Assembly (NCBI RefSeq): GCF_006345805.1
Contig: NW_021827203.1
Coordinates: 1-11,001, forward strand
DNA from: Octopus sinensis
Taxonomy: Eukaryota
Reading direction: 5' to 3'
DNA: 11,001 bases
Shown here: positions 8,554 through 11,001 of the stretch, piece by piece
How the letters are laid out: every line of letters begins with the position of its first letter
Position numbering within the stretch: the stretch's first letter is position 1
Position numbers and translations under genes: made by a program
The notes under the pieces: generated by a model
Seen by the model: the letters and a program-made list of their open reading frames with translations, nothing else
Told to the model about the DNA's origin: nothing
Databases searched by the model: none

Positions 8554-8748
8554 TATACATTGAAATTTACAGAAAAACAAAGACGAAGACAGATGTATAA
8601 ACAACAAAGAGGTGTATTAGTTTAACGCTCGGGAAGGTGAGAAAGTCTTTTATGTTTCGCGCCTATGCTCTTCAACAGAAAGGAATAAGAGAAAATAAAC
8701 AGAGAGATAATGAAATAACTTGTGGATTTAGCGATCAAGCATGGCCGA
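8554..8748 (-). mobile_element. Penelope-like element pseudo-LTR fragment
   Basis: Contains a minimal hammerhead motif followed by a T-rich 3' end running into (TA)n, with an inverted partial duplicate nearby. PLE pLTRs are known to carry minimal hammerheads and inverted partial ends. No RT/GIY-YIG sequence seen; distal boundary approximate. Confidence 0.7.
8647..8682 (-). ncRNA. Degenerate minimal type I hammerhead ribozyme motif (variant core CUGUUGA + extra A)
   Basis: Minus strand: CUUU-CUGUUGA-A-GAGC AUAG GCGC-GAAAC-AUA^AAAG. Stem I CUUU/AAAG; stem II 3 of 4 pairs; stem III ACAU instead of palindromic ACGU. Confidence 0.65.
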
Positions 8749-9254
8749 TATATATATATATTGTTATATTTCAGAATGGTCACATGCATACATACATACA
8801 TACATACATACATACATACATACATACAGTCAAATGACTGAAACATGTAAAAGATGAAGATATCTTTTGGAAGCGGTTGTTTTGTGTATAAACCTATCTA
8901 CGTAAAGGGTACTTAAGGCTGTTTTCCATGTTCCTCAGAGAAATACAATGAATGGAATGCAATTAGAAATGTGATATGTTCTGACTCGGCCTCATTTGTG
9001 GATGACTTTCTATGTTTTCCATATGTTTTATTATAATTAAACCTTATTTTAATTAAGGTATTTTATGATATTATTATATTTCTTTCCTGTTTTATTAAAT
9101 TCTATATAACCTTTTTCATATTATGACGTTCTTACCACTTCGCACTCTTTTATATAACATCGTTTGTCCATCCCCACATGTATGGTACCCATTGCCCCAT
9201 GGTTTTAATGCTCATTGCATTGTATGAAGAAGCTCTTTGTAACTATAAAGAAAT

Positions 9255-9446
9255 GGTGGATTGACAAAAACAATAAAGCGTCAGTCAAAATACTCTGCTG
9301 TACTTGTTTCAGTTCTTTATTTTTTGATTTCAAATCTCATTGAGTCCATCTTTGTTTTTCATCCCTCCGGAGCCGATAAAATAAAGCAAGAGTTAAGCGC
9401 TGAATTCGAGTTAATCAACCAACCACAGATTTGTGGCATTGTGCCT
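9255..9446 (+). mobile_element. Highly decayed SINE of the same family as 3355-3534/9449-9678
   Basis: TTCAAATC..GAGTCCATCTTTGTTTTTCATCCCTCCGGAGCCGATAAAATAAAG..AG..AGCGCTG..TCGAGTTAATC..TTGTGGCATTGTGCC is colinear with the adjacent copy. Confidence 0.65.
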
Positions 9447-9448
9447 CA

Positions 9449-9678
9449 GGCTGGTCGATTAATAGAATCGTCAGAGCGTCGAACAAAATGCCCTATATTA
9501 CATTCATCGGATCTTCACGTTCTGATTTCGGATCCCAAACCCGCCGAGGTCATCTTTGCCTTTCCGCCTTCCGGGGGTCGATGACCTAACGTACCAGTAA
9601 AATGCTGTGGTCGATGTAATCGGCTAACACCCTCCCTTCAAAACTGTTTGCATTCTGCTTAATTTATAAACATTATTA
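9449..9678 (+). mobile_element. Decayed tRNA-derived SINE (Meta/MESC-like body)
   Basis: AGAATCGTCAG..ACGTTCTGA..CCGCCGAGGTCATCTTTGCCTTTCCGCCTTCCGGGGGTCGATG..GTACCAG..TGTGGTCGATGTAATCGGC matches the reverse complement of 3410-3520; different 3' tail ending in ATTATTAG. Confidence 0.8.
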
Positions 9679-9725
9679 GTAGTAGTAATAATAGTATTGT
9701 ACTGTATTCACTGCCATTGGAGGCA

Positions 9726-9859
9726 ATATATACACGCGTACACACACACACAGACACGCACACAAATATATATATATCTACATATATATATATATATATA
9801 CATAGATGCATATATATATATATACATACATACATATATGCATATAATATATATATTAT

Positions 9860-9920
<61 letters not shown>

Positions 9921-9972
9921 GTATGTATGATGTATATATATGTATGTATATATATATATAATATATATATAT
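9726..9972. repeat. (CA)n/(TA)n/(TATG)n microsatellite block
   Basis: Directly visible. Confidence 0.95.
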
Positions 9973-10426
9973 TAAATGCATGTACTGCTGCAATATAATA
10001 TTCAATCGCTAATCACTGATTTGGCTGCTCCAGGCTATCCGTGAGCCAAAAGTAAATTATATTTCATTTTATATTTTTATTTCCTTTCCAATATTATTTT
10101 ACTTTACTTTATTTTGTTTTTTGTTGTTTTCTTCATTTTTGTTTATTTATATTTATTTATCTATTTTTCTTTTTTTACCCGATAAAAATTATCTCCTTAA
10201 ATAAACATATCTAAAGCAGTGATAATGGAGAAGGCGAGAACTAACGAGACACAATCGCCTCCGGCAGTTCGGTATTAAGGGCTTACTGCTTCATTTACCA
10301 ACCTATCAGAGCTTAGATACAGGGAGTTGAAGTAGGAGAGACGAAGGGGAGGGAGGAGGAGGACGAGCTTTAAATTAAAAGAATTTGCAATAAGCATTGC
10401 ATTAATTAAACAAAAAGGAAATAGCA

Positions 10427-10462
<36 letters not shown>
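10427..10462. repeat. (TAT)n, i.e. (AAT)n on the minus strand
   Basis: About 12 perfect units directly 3' of the minus-strand Dong-type UTR. Confidence 0.97.
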
Positions 10463-10465
<3 letters not shown>

Positions 10466-10567
10466 AAGTCTTATTTTTATTGCGTGCTTTCACTGCGTTA
10501 CCGACCGCAGCTCAGTGGGCCTTGGATACGTTCAGTGTTTTTTTGTTTTTTGTTTTGTTTTTTGTTC
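10463..10567 (-). mobile_element. R4/Dong-type 3'UTR fragment (divergent subfamily)
   Basis: Minus: A-rich tract, then CGTATCCAAGGCCCACTGAGCTGCGGTCGGTAACGCAGTGAAAAGCACGCAATAAAAATAAGACTTCTG-(AAT)n. Shares blocks CCAAGGC, GAGCTGCG, TCGGTA, GAAAGCACG and ATAAAAATAAGACT with 1430-1500. Confidence 0.85.
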
Positions 10568-10961
10568 TGTTGTTGTTGTTGATCTTGTTGCTGTTGAGCG
10601 AACGGTCATCGTCCCAGAGCTCACAAGATGGGGGAAGTCCGAAACGTGGTCCGTTGCTATTCGTAAGACCCGCAGAAGAGAAAGCAGGTCAACCCCCGAC
10701 ACCGAGAGCATCGACGGATGGCTGAATGCGCATCCAGGCTCGGCGGTTGCGTAGGAAGTCGGGGACAAGAAACAGGAAGAAAGAGTGAGAGAAAGTTGTA
10801 GCGAAAGAGTACAACAGGGGTCGCCACCATCCCCTGCCGGAGCCTCGTGGAGCTTTAGATGTTTTCGTTCAATAAACACACACAACGCCCGGTCTGAGAA
10901 TCGAAACCGCGATCCTCCGACCGCGAGTCCGCTGCCCTAACCATTGGGCCATTGCGCCTCC
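10568..10961 (-). mobile_element. Full-length tRNA-Arg-derived SINE with (AAC)n tail (octopus OR-like)
   Basis: Minus: GGAGGCGCAATGGCCCAATGGTTAGGGCAGCGGACTCGCGGTCGGAGGATCGCGGTTTCGATTC aligns with eukaryotic tRNA-Arg (TGGCCTAATGGATAAGGCGTCTGACTTCGGATCAGAAGATTGCAGGTTCGAGTC). A box 10951-10941, B box 10908-10898; ends CAACAGCAACAAGATCAACAACAACAAC. Confidence 0.88.
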
Positions 10962-10981
10962 ACTGCTGCTGCTGCTGCTGT
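10962..10981. repeat. (CTG)n short microsatellite
   Basis: Directly visible, immediately 5' of the SINE head on the minus strand. Confidence 0.9.
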
Positions 10982-11001
10982 CGACTTCATCGTAAAAGAC
11001 C

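Noticed and set aside
9085-9254. Possible second Penelope-like end with half a hammerhead (ATGAAGAAGCTC) cut off by the SINE at 9255
   Set aside because: Only the 5' half of the motif is present, with C3 altered and no GAAAC. It resembles a repeat I recall, but the sequence alone does not support the call.
13-9998. Y/I/M/C/V/H-rich ORFs in the ORF track (e.g. 13..288, 4570..5172, 6068..6388, 6571..6900, 9697..9998)
   Set aside because: They are translations of TA/TATG/CA/CT microsatellites, which lack stops; no protein-like content.
10890-10961. tRNA gene
   Set aside because: A and B boxes are present, but there is no acceptor-stem pairing, the anticodon arm is disrupted and it continues into a SINE body; called as a SINE head.

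Overview
Eukaryotic, AT-rich, non-coding window with no recognisable host gene. The six-frame ORFs are almost all by-products of microsatellites. Repeat content (extreme TA/TATG/GATA/AAT/CAT microsatellite density, tRNA-Arg/CORE-like and Meta-domain-like SINEs) suggests an octopod cephalopod such as Octopus; this is recall-based inference, not a database result. Main structure: (1) a stack at 481-2439 of four insertions separated by (AAT)n, namely two 5'-truncated R4/Dong-type RLE non-LTR retrotransposon ends bracketed by two co-terminal copies of an unclassified ~557-bp element; (2) a third Dong-type 3'UTR on the minus strand abutting a full tRNA-Arg-derived SINE (10463-10961); (3) a Penelope-like terminal repeat with a degenerate, variant-core minimal hammerhead ribozyme (8647-8682, minus) plus an inverted partial copy; (4) two long hairpins (328-449 with strand-biased G-U pairs; 3948-4118); (5) a mariner-derived MITE, a probable Helitron/Helentron-type non-autonomous element, four more SINE copies, and long degenerate (CAT)n blocks reading Asp/Gly-rich on the minus strand. 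Family names come from motif recognition and should be confirmed by Dfam/Repbase/Rfam searches.
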